DNA of 64,000 nt, taken from contig JBBTUG010000012.1 in the NCBI GenBank assembly GCA_038063895.1, positions 14,165-78,164 of the forward strand. Reading direction: 5' to 3'. The notes below the pieces were generated by a model that was not told the origin of the DNA, searched no databases, and was given only the letters and a program-made list of their open reading frames with translations. Source of the DNA: Patescibacteria group bacterium. GTDB lineage: Bacteria; Patescibacteriota; WWE3; JAMCXX01; JBBTUG01. Shown here piece by piece: positions 1-9,178 of this stretch (position 1 is its first letter; every line of letters starts with the position of its first letter). Position numbers and translations under genes: made by a program.

Positions 1-860
1 CGGTTCATCTTTTTCAAAACTTCATCATCTCCGGATTGGACCGGCAGATGAATTTCCCGGCTGATATTTTCGTTACGGGCGATAACACTTATTAATTCAT
101 CCGAAAAATCCCACGGGTTGGAGGAAATAAAACTGACTTTAGAAAAACCCATCTTCGCAACATCCTCGAGCAAAAAAGGAAAAAGGGTCGGAATCCGGTA
201 TTTGCCAAGATGCTTAACAACAACGGGTTCAACAACTCTTCCACTAAGTTCCAAATTTATCTTCCCTTCATTACTTTTGACTTTAATAAGATCCGCCCCA
301 TACGAATTTACATTTTGCCCCAGTAGGGTAACCTCTTTATAACCGTCCTGAAGAAGTTGGCGGCATTCGGCAATAATCTCTCCGTACGGGCGGGAAACTT
401 CCGGCCCGCGGGTGTACGGAACCACGCAGTAGGTACAATAATTATTACAGCCATTGCTGATCGGAACCCAGGCGTGCAGTTTATCGCTCCGAACCGGCGG
501 CAGATCAAAGCCAACCTCTTCAATCGGAAGAAATTCGTCGACCCTGGGCAGTTTCTTCTTCAGTGCCACTAACATTTTTCCACCTTTGTCCCGCACGGCC
601 AATCCGACAAGACAACCAGTGAGGATAATTTTTTCAGCCCTGGGCTGATCCTCCTTTGGCGGAAACTTAGAAAGGTTATTAATTAATCCGTAGGCACGGT
701 TTTCCGCTGATTGGCGGACCATACAAGTATTAATAATGACGTGATCAGCCTCACCAATACTGGCGGCTTCGGTAAAACCCCGGGCCAGGTAGCGAGCGGC
801 AATCCGTTCGGAGTCGGCAATATTCGCCTGGCAACCGAAAGTCGTAATAAAGTATTTCAT
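1..860 (-). CDS. miaB: MiaB-family tRNA methylthiotransferase (radical SAM), 3' end runs off the window
   Basis: Manual translation from ATG 860: MKYFITTFGCQANIADSERIA (UPF0004-type N-terminus) and VPISNGCNNYCTYCVVPYTRG (CxxxCxxC). Missing from the ORF track because it is truncated. Confidence 0.9.
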   Translation of the reverse strand, partial: MKYFITTFGCQANIADSERIAARYLARGFTEAASIGEADHVIINTCMVRQSAENRAYGLINNLSKFPPKEDQPRAEKIILTGCLVGLAVRDKGGKMLVALKKKLPRVDEFLPIEEVGFDLPPVRSDKLHAWVPISNGCNNYCTYCVVPYTRGPEVSRPYGEIIAECRQLLQDGYKEVTLLGQNVNSYGADLIKVKSNEGKINLELSGRVVEPVVVKHLGKYRIPTLFPFLLEDVAKMGFSKVSFISSNPWDFSDELISVIARNENISREIHLPVQSGDDEVLKKMN

Positions 861-913
861 CGCTTTTGATTGTATCACTGAAAGAACCTAGCTACTTTGC
901 TATAATCCAAACA

Positions 914-1837
914 GTGGGCATTGATCTTTCAATAATTATCCTCACCTTTAATAGCAGAGAAATCACGTTAAAAACGTTGAAATCCTTCTACGACGCCATC
1001 GAGGCGGATAAGGACTATTCCTACGAAGTTATTGCCGTGGATAACGCCTCCACTGACGACGTCGCTGATGCAGTCGCCGCGTCCTTCCCAAAAGTAAAAT
1101 TAATCCGTAACTCTGAAAACCTTGGTTTCGCCAAAGGCAACAATATTGGCTTTCGGGAGAGTCAGGGCAAATATATTCTCTTCTCCAACCCCGATATTGA
1201 GATCAACGAAAAAACTCTCCCGACACTTATTAAGTTGATGGACGGCCACCCCGAAGTCGGCGCCTGCACTCCGAAACTGGTTCTTGTTCGCACCGGCGAA
1301 ATTGACTGGGGCGCCCATCGGGGCTTCCCGACGCCCTGGGCGGCAATGACCTATTTCACCGGGTTAGCCAAACTTTGCCGCCACTCGCGGAAACTCTCCA
1401 AAATATTCGGCCAGTATCACCTAAGAGACCAGGACTTAAACCATGAGCATGAGGTGGACGCCATTCGGGGCGGGTTCTTTTTCGTCCGCCGGGATATTTT
1501 TGAAAAGTGCGATCGGTGGGACGAGGATTATTTTATGTACGGCGAAGACTTAGATCTCTCTTACCAGATAAAAAAACAGGGGTTAAAAATTATGTATTAT
1601 CCCCAGTCCGAGGCTATGCATTATCATGGCCTTACCACCGGCTTGAAAAAACATTCCGAGGATCTTTCTCCGGAAAGCCTGAGGGTCCGCCGGCAAACCT
1701 ACAATTATTTCTACGACACAATGAAAATTTTTTACGATAAGAATTACAAAAACAAATATCCGGCTCTTGTCCGCCGTCTGATTTTTTCCGCCATTGATTT
1801 CCGCAAGAACCGTGGAGCCCAAAAACTTAACGTATGA
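914..1837 (+). CDS. Glycosyltransferase family 2 (WbbL/rhamnosyltransferase-like)
   Basis: LSIIILTFN, VDNASTD, NLGFAKGNN, NPD, FMYGEDLDL motifs; GTG 914 follows TGnTATAAT. Confidence 0.9.
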   Translation: MGIDLSIIILTFNSREITLKTLKSFYDAIEADKDYSYEVIAVDNASTDDVADAVAASFPKVKLIRNSENLGFAKGNNIGFRESQGKYILFSNPDIEINEKTLPTLIKLMDGHPEVGACTPKLVLVRTGEIDWGAHRGFPTPWAAMTYFTGLAKLCRHSRKLSKIFGQYHLRDQDLNHEHEVDAIRGGFFFVRRDIFEKCDRWDEDYFMYGEDLDLSYQIKKQGLKIMYYPQSEAMHYHGLTTGLKKHSEDLSPESLRVRRQTYNYFYDTMKIFYDKNYKNKYPALVRRLIFSAIDFRKNRGAQKLNV

Positions 1838-2250
1838 ACTGGTTAACAGCAGCCCTGGCATCCGCTTTTTTTTGCCGAAGTAACCGCCATCCTCGCGACA
1901 ATCGGGGTCAAAGATGTCAACAGTAATCTCGCCACGGCAATCCGCACCGTAGTTATTCTTGTTTCGCCTGGGGAATTGTTTTCTTCCAGGGAACGCAAAA
2001 ACAGCTCTCCGGCATCTCCCAAACATCGCTTATTTTTCTTATCCTTTCTGCCGTCACCACCGGCCTTTCCTGGCTCTTTTACTTCCGGGCGATTCAGCTG
2101 GGTGGAGCGGCCAAAGTCGCTTCCATCGACAAACTCCGCCTAGTCTTTACGGTAATTTTAGCCGCCCTAATCCTCCGGGAAAAAGTCACGTGGCCGCTCC
2201 TTTTCGGCAGCCTCCTTATTTCCATCGGCGCGATTATCACCACCTTGTAA
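1834..2250 (+). pseudogene. EamA/DMT-family transporter with two compensating frameshifts
   Basis: MNWLTAALASAFF, then +1 in a T8 run (1866-1873) shifts AEVTAILATIGVKDVNSNLATAIRTVVIL out of frame (TAA 1924-1926); a -1 near 1962 restores the frame for AWGIVFFQG...GLSWLFYFRAIQLG..KVASIDKL to TAA 2250. Confidence 0.8.
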
Positions 2251-2297
2251 CGAAACAGCTTAAGAGGAAAGAAGAACAAACGAACCAGTTAGCAAGA

Positions 2298-3590
2298 TCA
2301 ACGGCCGGTGGGCAGATAGGTAAAACCCAATTTACGGACCCTTTCCGGAGAGTAAACATTCTTGGAATCCAGCAGCAATTTTCCTTTCATTAACTTCCGG
2401 ATCTTTGTTAGATCAAGTTTTTTAAAGTGTGGCCACTCGGTAACGACGCACAGCCCGTCAACACCCTTGGCCAGTGAGTAAGGATCGGGAAAATACGCGA
2501 CGGTATCCCCCATCTCCCGGCGGGCATTTTCTTGGGCCATCGGGTCGTGGGCCCGGACCTTGGCGCCGAGTTTCAGCAACTCCCGGATAAAGTTTACAGG
2601 AACCGAACCGCGGATATCGTCGGTATCGGGCCTGGAAGAAAGGCCTAGGACTCCGATCGTTTTTCCCTTCAGTGAACCGAGCGCCTTTTCGGTTTTTTTC
2701 GCGAAACGCTCCGCTCGGTCGTCGTTCAGTTGGTCCAGTTTCCGAAACAGATTATCCCGTTCGCCGACTTTGTCGAAAAGGGCGGCCAGCGCCTTAACGT
2801 CTTTCGGGAAACAATAGCCGCCGTAGCCCATCCCGACCCACCAGTAGTGCAGGCCAATTCTCTTGTCCAGCCCAATGCCCCGGATAATGTCATTAATATC
2901 CGCGCCCATTTTTTCGCAAAGGTTGGCGATCTGGTCAATGAAGCCAATCCGCATTGAAAGATAGGCATTGGCCGTATATTTAATCACTTCGGCGCTGCGG
3001 ACGTTGGTGATAACAATCGGACATTTCAAAGGAGTGTGAAGTTTAACCAAAAGGACCGTGGCTTTTTTCGAGGCGGAACCGATAACGACCCGATTCGGTT
3101 TGGTGGTGTCCTCAACCGCATTACCCTGACGCAGGAATTCCGGGGAGGAAACCACGTCGAATTTCGCGCCCTTCTTTTTGTATTTATTAAGAATGGCTGT
3201 AACCTCGTCCGCGGTTCCCGGCGGGACGGTGCTTTTGTCCACCACGACGGTATAGCCGCTCTTTAAGTTCCGGGCGATCTCCGCAGCGGCCGTATAAACT
3301 TGCGTCAGGTCGGCGCCATTCTTCCCGTCCGGGGTCCCGACGGCGATAAAAACAACATCGGCAAAAGGAACGCACTCCTCGTATTTTGTCGTGGGAATCA
3401 GGCGGCCGGCCTTGACGTTGCGTTTAACAATCGCCGCCAAACCGGGTTCGTGGATGGGAATGATACCTTTTTTCAGCTTTTCGATTTTCCCCGCGTCACG
3501 GCGGACAACCCAAACCGTATTGCCCAGGTCAGCAAACACCGCGCCCGAAGTTAAGCCGACGTAGCCGGCCCCGATCATTGCTATTTTCAC
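2298..3590 (-). CDS. ugd: UDP-glucose/GDP-mannose 6-dehydrogenase
   Basis: GAGYVG Rossmann motif, IAVGTP, KSTVPPGT, PEFLR, catalytic GGYCFPKD. Confidence 0.93.
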   Translation of the reverse strand: MKIAMIGAGYVGLTSGAVFADLGNTVWVVRRDAGKIEKLKKGIIPIHEPGLAAIVKRNVKAGRLIPTTKYEECVPFADVVFIAVGTPDGKNGADLTQVYTAAAEIARNLKSGYTVVVDKSTVPPGTADEVTAILNKYKKKGAKFDVVSSPEFLRQGNAVEDTTKPNRVVIGSASKKATVLLVKLHTPLKCPIVITNVRSAEVIKYTANAYLSMRIGFIDQIANLCEKMGADINDIIRGIGLDKRIGLHYWWVGMGYGGYCFPKDVKALAALFDKVGERDNLFRKLDQLNDDRAERFAKKTEKALGSLKGKTIGVLGLSSRPDTDDIRGSVPVNFIRELLKLGAKVRAHDPMAQENARREMGDTVAYFPDPYSLAKGVDGLCVVTEWPHFKKLDLTKIRKLMKGKLLLDSKNVYSPERVRKLGFTYLPTGR

Positions 3591-3637
3591 AGTGGGTCTA
3601 GTTTAACGAAGTGTTTTCGCGGATGCAATCGTTTTTT

Positions 3638-4819
3638 TCAAGACGAAACTTCGCGGGTAAAATCAACCCGCAGCGCCCTAACTCCCCGACGGTTTAGAAA
3701 AAGGCATACGGCAACTGCGGCAGACAAAACTAATGCCCCGAGCAAATAAATATGCCGGGTCTGAGAGAGACTGGAAAAGAAAAGCGCGGTTACAACGCCG
3801 ACATTTTCCGCGATCAATACCGACGCCGTCAAATAAGGAAGATATCGGCTTTCGGCAACATCACCAATTAAAGCTCCGATTATGGGCGAACTGCCACCGA
3901 GGGAAAGTAAGATAATCCCCAACAAATACCATGCAAGCGCCGTAGAAAAAAATAAAAGCAACAAGCCGACGCTGCTTGCGGCAAGAAGAATTATCAACAG
4001 CGGCAGCCGCCCTAATTTATCTGAGAGGGATCCGACGTAATAAGTTAACAGCAGAGGCACAATAAAAAACAAAGAGGTTAACGGCCCGACGTAAGAAAAT
4101 CCAAAGTTGTCTTTGATATCAAGCGGGATAAAACCGATGGCTAAACCGAAGGTAAAGTAGGAAGCCAAGAAGACGAAAGCCAGCTTGAGGGCGGTAGGGC
4201 TAGAGATGGTTTTTTTAATTAACAGCAGACTGCCCCCGTTTATTAGCACCTGGGTTTCCTTCAGTCGTAGGAGAAGTAATAATCCAAAAATAGGAAAAGT
4301 CGAAAAAAGCAAAAACGCCAAACTAAACGAGGCCTTTGCGGCGAGAAGTCCGAAAAGTGGTATTCCCAGTGACGTCCCTAAAACCAATAGCGTTCCGAAA
4401 AATCCGACATTTTTCCCGTAAGAGTTTTTAGGACTGATACTGATTAGATAACTGTTCTGCCCGGTCCAAAGGAGCGCCGCCGCGATCCCGAGAAGCGCTG
4501 AAAAAAGGTAAAGAAGCGCCGGAATTTTTAACCCGACGATTAAGATGAACATTCCGTAAACGGCCACGGCGTGGGTCATTGCTTTTTTCGGGCCGACGCG
4601 GGCAACAACCACAGGTGAAATTAAGCTACCCAAAATGAAGAAGAGGTAAATTATACTGAGCGAGAAATAGCCTAAACGGGGGAAGCCTGTAAGGAAAAAG
4701 TAATTAGTGAGATACTGCTGAATACTGTTGTAACCCAAGAAAATAAAAAAGAACCCAAAGCTTAACTTCTTAACGTCTTCGGAAAAATTAAAAAGACCCG
4801 TGATTTTCGACATCATCAC
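3638..4819 (-). CDS. MFS transporter (UNC-93-like)
   Basis: About 12 hydrophobic segments, AALLWTGQ, GSLSDKLGR motif A. Confidence 0.8.
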   Translation of the reverse strand: MMMSKITGLFNFSEDVKKLSFGFFFIFLGYNSIQQYLTNYFFLTGFPRLGYFSLSIIYLFFILGSLISPVVVARVGPKKAMTHAVAVYGMFILIVGLKIPALLYLFSALLGIAAALLWTGQNSYLISISPKNSYGKNVGFFGTLLVLGTSLGIPLFGLLAAKASFSLAFLLFSTFPIFGLLLLLRLKETQVLINGGSLLLIKKTISSPTALKLAFVFLASYFTFGLAIGFIPLDIKDNFGFSYVGPLTSLFFIVPLLLTYYVGSLSDKLGRLPLLIILLAASSVGLLLLFFSTALAWYLLGIILLSLGGSSPIIGALIGDVAESRYLPYLTASVLIAENVGVVTALFFSSLSQTRHIYLLGALVLSAAVAVCLFLNRRGVRALRVDFTREVSS

Positions 4820-5082
4820 CGACGGAAGTATTTCTCCCAGAAATTCCTAAAGAGAGGCAGGGTTAAGGTCGACAGGAGAAAACCGAGCGAGGGGACGACA
4901 GCATTAATCCACGGCCGGTCAACAGCAATAGCGCTAAAATATAAACCGATGGAAACGTATGTAAAAATAATCAGTAAAGCCCGCCGTGGAAGACTCGTCT
5001 CCCAAGCTTTATCCGTTTCCACCCTTTTGTTCCTATCCTCAACGGCTGTCAGACGTTTGGCTAATTCTTCCAACGTTTCCAT
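4816..5082 (-). CDS. Small conserved membrane protein
   Basis: ERN.RVE.DKAWETS-type N-terminus plus two TM segments; coupled between typA and the MFS gene. Confidence 0.7.
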   Translation of the reverse strand: METLEELAKRLTAVEDRNKRVETDKAWETSLPRRALLIIFTYVSIGLYFSAIAVDRPWINAVVPSLGFLLSTLTLPLFRNFWEKYFRR

Positions 5083-5091
5083 AAACTTATT

Positions 5092-6936
5092 TTAAACCTT
5101 GGCTTGGCTTTTTTCCCGGCGGTCGTGAACCCGCCGCTCAATCAGCGACAGATGTCTTTTCCGGGCCCGCAAGTTTTTCGGGGTCACTTCCAGTAATTCA
5201 TCATCACCGATAAAATCCAAATACTGCTCGAGGCTCAGAATCGTCGCAGGAGTCACTTGCGCCCCCACACCCTCTCCGGCGGAGCGGTTGTTGGTCTGTT
5301 GTTTCTCCCGGCAAACATGGACTTCGATATCCAGCGGCCGGGTGGTCACCCCAACCACCATCCCTTCGTAAACTTCCGTGCCGACCCCGACGAACAAAAT
5401 TCCCCGCTCCTGGGCGTTAGCGAGTCCGTAGGCAAGCGTCGTTCCGGGTTTGCTGGCGATAAGGGCTCCGTTGCGGTACGACTCCAGCTTTGGTCCTTTC
5501 TTTTCGTAACCTAAAAAGTAGGAACTTATCTGCACCGTCCCGCGGGTAGCCGTCAAAAGAACGTTGCGGATTCCGAGAAGGTTTTGGCTGGAAATTTTAT
5601 AAACTAGGCGGATCTTATCGCCCCGTTCGGGATGCATATCGAGTAATGCCCCCCGCCTTTTTCCCATCTCCTCGGTGATCACGCCTAAATAGTTATTATC
5701 AACTTCAATCGTCACTTCTTCGTAGGGCTCGCAGACTACACCGTCAACTTCTTTGTAAATTACCTGCGGGCGGGAAACTTCCATCTCGTAACCTTCCCGG
5801 CGCATCGTTTCAATTAAAACCGCCAGATGCAACTCACCGCGGCCGCAAACAATAAAATTGATTCCTCCGGTATTCTCTTCGATCCGCAGACCCAAATTAG
5901 TTTCTTTTTCTTTCAAAAGCCTTTCCTTAATCTGGCGGGACGTGACGAATTGACCTTCCCGGCCAGCAAAGGGGCTGGCGTTGGGGCCGATGGAAATTTT
6001 TATCGTGGGGTCTTCCACTTTTATTTTCGGTAGACTAACGGGGAATTGCGGATCGGTTACGGTTTGACCGATGGTTAATTCCGGAATTCCGGCCACCGTG
6101 GCGATATCTCCCACCCCGACCTCGTCAACCTCCATCCTGGTTAAACCCAACGTGGTGAAAAGCTTTTGGACCCGGTAAGTTCCCAAAATCTTTCCCTCGT
6201 CCACTAGAGCAACCATCTGGTTTTTCTTAAAAATTCCCTGGCTGACTTTGCCGATACACAACCGGCCGACAAAGTTATCGTAATCAAGCGTAGAAATCAG
6301 CATCTGCAGGGGCTTATCCGCTCCGACGTTGGCTATAGGGACTGTTTTAATAATGGTTTCGAAAAGGGGTGTTAAATCGCCGGGAACGCTGGGGTCAAAT
6401 TTCTCCGGCAGCTGCAAAAAAGCTTTTCCCTCCCGGCCGACTGCGTAAAGAGTTTTAAAATCAAGAACTGACGGATCATCCGCCAACTCCAAAAAAAGAC
6501 TTTCCACTTCCTGTAAAACCTCCACCGGCCGCGCGTCCTTTTTATCAATCTTATTGATAATCAAAATAATTTTTAGTTTCGCCTCTAGTGCTTTCTTTAA
6601 AACGAATTTCGTCTGCGGCAGAGGACCTTCAGCGGCGTCAACTAAAAGAATTGCGCCGGAAGCCATATTGATCGTCCGCTCAACCTCACCACCAAAATCA
6701 GCGTGACCGGGCGTATCGATAATATTGATTTTTGTGTCGTGGTAAAAAACGGAGGTATTTTTGGCCAAAATCGTAATCCCCTTTTCCCGCTCCAAATCGT
6801 TGGAGTCCATGATAAGGGTTTCTTTCATCTCTTTTTGGTTGTCACGGAAAGAGTGGGTTTGCTTAAGAAGCTCATCCACTAAAGTGGTCTTACCGTGGTC
6901 AACGTGGGCGATAATGGCGATATTTCGAATGTCCAT
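5092..6936 (-). CDS. typA: Translational GTPase TypA/BipA
   Basis: AHVDHGKTTL, EREKGITI, DTPGHADFGGEVER, NKID, GRGELHL, DDELLEVTP. Confidence 0.97.
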   Translation of the reverse strand: MDIRNIAIIAHVDHGKTTLVDELLKQTHSFRDNQKEMKETLIMDSNDLEREKGITILAKNTSVFYHDTKINIIDTPGHADFGGEVERTINMASGAILLVDAAEGPLPQTKFVLKKALEAKLKIILIINKIDKKDARPVEVLQEVESLFLELADDPSVLDFKTLYAVGREGKAFLQLPEKFDPSVPGDLTPLFETIIKTVPIANVGADKPLQMLISTLDYDNFVGRLCIGKVSQGIFKKNQMVALVDEGKILGTYRVQKLFTTLGLTRMEVDEVGVGDIATVAGIPELTIGQTVTDPQFPVSLPKIKVEDPTIKISIGPNASPFAGREGQFVTSRQIKERLLKEKETNLGLRIEENTGGINFIVCGRGELHLAVLIETMRREGYEMEVSRPQVIYKEVDGVVCEPYEEVTIEVDNNYLGVITEEMGKRRGALLDMHPERGDKIRLVYKISSQNLLGIRNVLLTATRGTVQISSYFLGYEKKGPKLESYRNGALIASKPGTTLAYGLANAQERGILFVGVGTEVYEGMVVGVTTRPLDIEVHVCREKQQTNNRSAGEGVGAQVTPATILSLEQYLDFIGDDELLEVTPKNLRARKRHLSLIERRVHDRREKSQAKV

Positions 6937-6945
6937 ATTCAATGA

Positions 6946-7002
6946 GACCCGTCCGCCTGAGGCGGGCGTTGGTCGAATTAATCCTGAGCAAAGTCGAAGG
7001 AA
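6946..7002. repeat. REP-like palindromic element in the typA upstream region
   Basis: Hairpin cgtccgcc-tga-ggcgggcg (6950-6968) followed by ttaatcctgagcaaagtcgaagga, which resembles the reverse complement of 45437-45466. Confidence 0.55.
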
Positions 7003-7014
7003 CTTCCGGTTATC

Positions 7015-7041
7015 AAAAAGACGATCCGCCTCAAGCGGATC
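7015..7041 (-). terminator. Intrinsic terminator after hicA
   Basis: Minus strand GATCCGC-TTGAG-GCGGATC followed by GTCTTTTT. Confidence 0.65.
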
Positions 7042-7062
7042 ACCCGACTCTGACCCTACCCT

Positions 7063-7278
7063 TCATTTTAACTGCAAAAATTCTGCCTCACTCGACCCGG
7101 CTTGCTTAATTATTGACCGAAGCAGTCCCCTTTTCAAATCTTTATTATGAATCGGCACGGGAATAATTGATTTTCTGGTCGGGCTATAAAAAATCAGGTG
7201 GCTGCCGGTCTGTCGTTTTTCAATAAACCCCAGCTTTCGAAGAACCTTAACAACCTCTTTTGATTTGAATGCAGCCAT
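7063..7278 (-). CDS. hicA: HicA-family toxin
   Basis: 71 aa, LGF...RQTGSHLIF, VPIHNKDLKRGLLRSIIKQAG. Confidence 0.92.
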   Translation of the reverse strand: MAAFKSKEVVKVLRKLGFIEKRQTGSHLIFYSPTRKSIIPVPIHNKDLKRGLLRSIIKQAGSSEAEFLQLK

Positions 7279-7280
7279 TC

Positions 7281-7541
7281 TTAAAAAGCCGGTGAGGCGA
7301 TTGATACTTTTGAAATAACCACCCCGGGATTTTCGTAAACAACGTGATTTTTGGTCTCCCGCAAAACTTCCAAGTAACCTCCGATGGCGTCTTTAATCAT
7401 CCGCGACGCTTCCTCAAATGTTTCTCCTTGAGTAACACAACCGGGCAATGAGGGTACACTAACCACGTACCCCCCCATTTCAGCCGGTTCAAACACCGCC
7501 GTATATTCTAATATTTTCTTGGCTAACTTTCTTTTCGCCAT
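7281..7541 (-). CDS. hicB: HicB-family antitoxin (short form, no obvious DNA-binding domain)
   Basis: GGYVVSVPSLPGCVTQGETFEEA motif; ATG 7541 chosen from promoter position. Confidence 0.9.
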   Translation of the reverse strand: MAKRKLAKKILEYTAVFEPAEMGGYVVSVPSLPGCVTQGETFEEASRMIKDAIGGYLEVLRETKNHVVYENPGVVISKVSIASPAF

Positions 7542-7547
7542 ATTCAA

Positions 7548-7576
7548 AATATACCTCAGCCACCACCAAATATCAA
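7548..7576 (-). promoter_or_regulatory. Sigma70-type promoter of hicBA (leaderless)
   Basis: TTGATA-17-TATATT, 6 nt before the ATG. Confidence 0.6.
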
Positions 7577-7588
7577 ATCCTCGCGTAT

Positions 7589-7639
7589 TTCCTTTCGACT
7601 TGAACTTCCCAAGTCTCATCAGCCGCTATGCGGAAGGAA
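7589..7639 (-). ncRNA. Type III hammerhead ribozyme
   Basis: Minus strand UUCCU-U-CCGC-AUA-GCGG-CUGAUGA-GACUUG-GGAAGUU-CAAGUC-GAAA-GGAA: full CUGAUGA/GAAA core, stems I, II and III all pair, CUU cleavage triplet. Confidence 0.88.
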
Positions 7640-7695
7640 GGGACCGGATGCGAGCTTGCATCTCAGCGAGGTTTTATCCTCCAGTCCCCTGTGAA

Positions 7696-8037
7696 CTACC
7701 GTACTCCGATTACTTTGTACCAAGGAGCATCTTGGCTAGGAAATAGCTGCAGAAGTAAATGGAGAAGAACAAGAAAATCATAGTCCTCGTCCCAACCGAA
7801 TACAGCGATTTCGCCGTGATTTCCTTTTTGATGAAGTTCGGTTCGTAGCCTAGCCGCAACATCCGAAGAAGCATAAATGGAACACCGGCAGGTACAATTG
7901 CCAGTTGCCCTGCTTTCCTCAGAACCATCGTCAAGAAGACAGTCATGGCAGATGTCTTCGACGACGGCGAGGTCACAAGAGTTCATCACTCCTCTCACGG
8001 CAGCATCTTCGTCAAATGCCATTCCTATTAGTAACAT
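7696..8037 (-). CDS. Hypothetical acidic, Cys-rich protein (113 aa)
   Basis: Strong SD (AAGGAGG) before the ATG, own promoter; contains CHDC and CTCRC. Confidence 0.65.
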   Translation of the reverse strand: MLLIGMAFDEDAAVRGVMNSCDLAVVEDICHDCLLDDGSEESRATGNCTCRCSIYASSDVAARLRTELHQKGNHGEIAVFGWDEDYDFLVLLHLLLQLFPSQDAPWYKVIGVR

Positions 8038-8225
8038 CTGCCCTCCTTTTGAGCAGTCCCCAGTTATTATTTGCCGGGGGTTTAAATGTGTTGTGCCAAT
8101 AATAAACGCCGTGCTGAGAAAGTTTGGAGAGAAACTTAGCGCTCACAACCCTTATCACCACGGCCTTTTTCCTCTCTCCAGAAGATTTTCAATTATTGTG
8201 TTCTCCTACTGTGCCCTACCCCTAT

Positions 8226-8254
8226 ATTATACCACAGAAACGTCCTTTTGTCCA
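8226..8254 (-). promoter_or_regulatory. Sigma70-type promoter for the Cys-rich orphan
   Basis: TGGACA-17-TATAAT with extended TG; implies a leader of about 180 nt. Confidence 0.65.
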
Positions 8255-8360
8255 ATACTCTAGGTTAACTGCAATTTCCGCCATTCAATAAAATCATCTG
8301 TGATCACATACGAAATAATTGACACTAAGTTAAACGGGAATGGAATTATTGGGAAGTCAC

Positions 8361-9158
8361 TTAACAGGAAACGGACTGGAGAGAGTCCGGATTTAATTCC
8401 CGGAGAAAGGAAAGATTCTTTGACTCGCCTAGGGTCTTTAACCTCCCTAGCACAATATCCCTTCCGAGCGGTTCGGATAAACCGAAATAGAAGGTGTTCC
8501 AGTGGACGGCAAGAGTATAAATCTGCGGAAATATTTTAATTATATCCTTCCGGAACTGCAGGTTGGCCTCTTTTTGCTTTTTCGTCGTGGCGCGGTTGAC
8601 CACAACCACCCCGCCCGGGTTTAGATGTTCCCGGCAGGAATCATAAAAATTTGAATGATCACAGTTGTCCGCGAAACAATCCTGCTTAAAAGTATCAACA
8701 ATAATGAGGTCGAACTTCTCGCCCGTCGTAGCAATAAACTCCCCGGCGTCGGCGCAAACTATTTCCAGGTTTTCGTCATTCAGCGAAAAATATTTACGGC
8801 CTAAATCAATAATCACCGGATCAACTTCCACCCCGACAATCCGGCGGGGCGAAAATATTTTGTTATAAAGCTTTGCTGCTGTCCCAACCCCTAAACCCAG
8901 CAAGCAGACTGTATGGAGATTATGACCACCCGGCAGGAAAGCAGGCGCTGCAAGATAATAATCCCAAACCGAACCGGTGATTTTTCCGGTCAAAGACGTG
9001 GCAGATTGGAGGTGCCCCTCTCCGGTTCTCAGCTCAACTCTGTCTCCCGCCTTACGAACATCCACCGGACCAAAAAGCGACTGGCCGGAGAACAAAAGTC
9101 GGGAGTTATCACCCGTTTTCAGTAATTTTCGAAAAGCATCCGACAGCGGTAGTTTCAT
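8361..9158 (-). CDS. Spermidine-synthase-like class I SAM-binding protein
   Basis: LLGLGVGT, VEVDPVIIDLGRKYF, ADAGEFI, FDLIIVD, LNPGGVVVVN; start reassigned to ATG 9158. Confidence 0.8.
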   Translation of the reverse strand: MKLPLSDAFRKLLKTGDNSRLLFSGQSLFGPVDVRKAGDRVELRTGEGHLQSATSLTGKITGSVWDYYLAAPAFLPGGHNLHTVCLLGLGVGTAAKLYNKIFSPRRIVGVEVDPVIIDLGRKYFSLNDENLEIVCADAGEFIATTGEKFDLIIVDTFKQDCFADNCDHSNFYDSCREHLNPGGVVVVNRATTKKQKEANLQFRKDIIKIFPQIYTLAVHWNTFYFGLSEPLGRDIVLGRLKTLGESKNLSFLRELNPDSLQSVSC

Positions 9159-9178
9159 ATCTCTAGTATAGTAGAGGG

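Noticed and set aside
7710-7976. Alternative-frame 88-aa ORF inside the Cys-rich orphan, and the many antisense ORFs in the track (e.g. 38507..39121, 20728..21264, 22842..23369)
   Set aside because: They lack start signals or family motifs and overlap better-supported genes; treated as shadow ORFs.
8040-8225. A second ribozyme in the orphan leader that would allow circularisation
   Set aside because: No CUGANGA/GAAA core, and no twister, pistol or HDV pattern found by eye on either strand.
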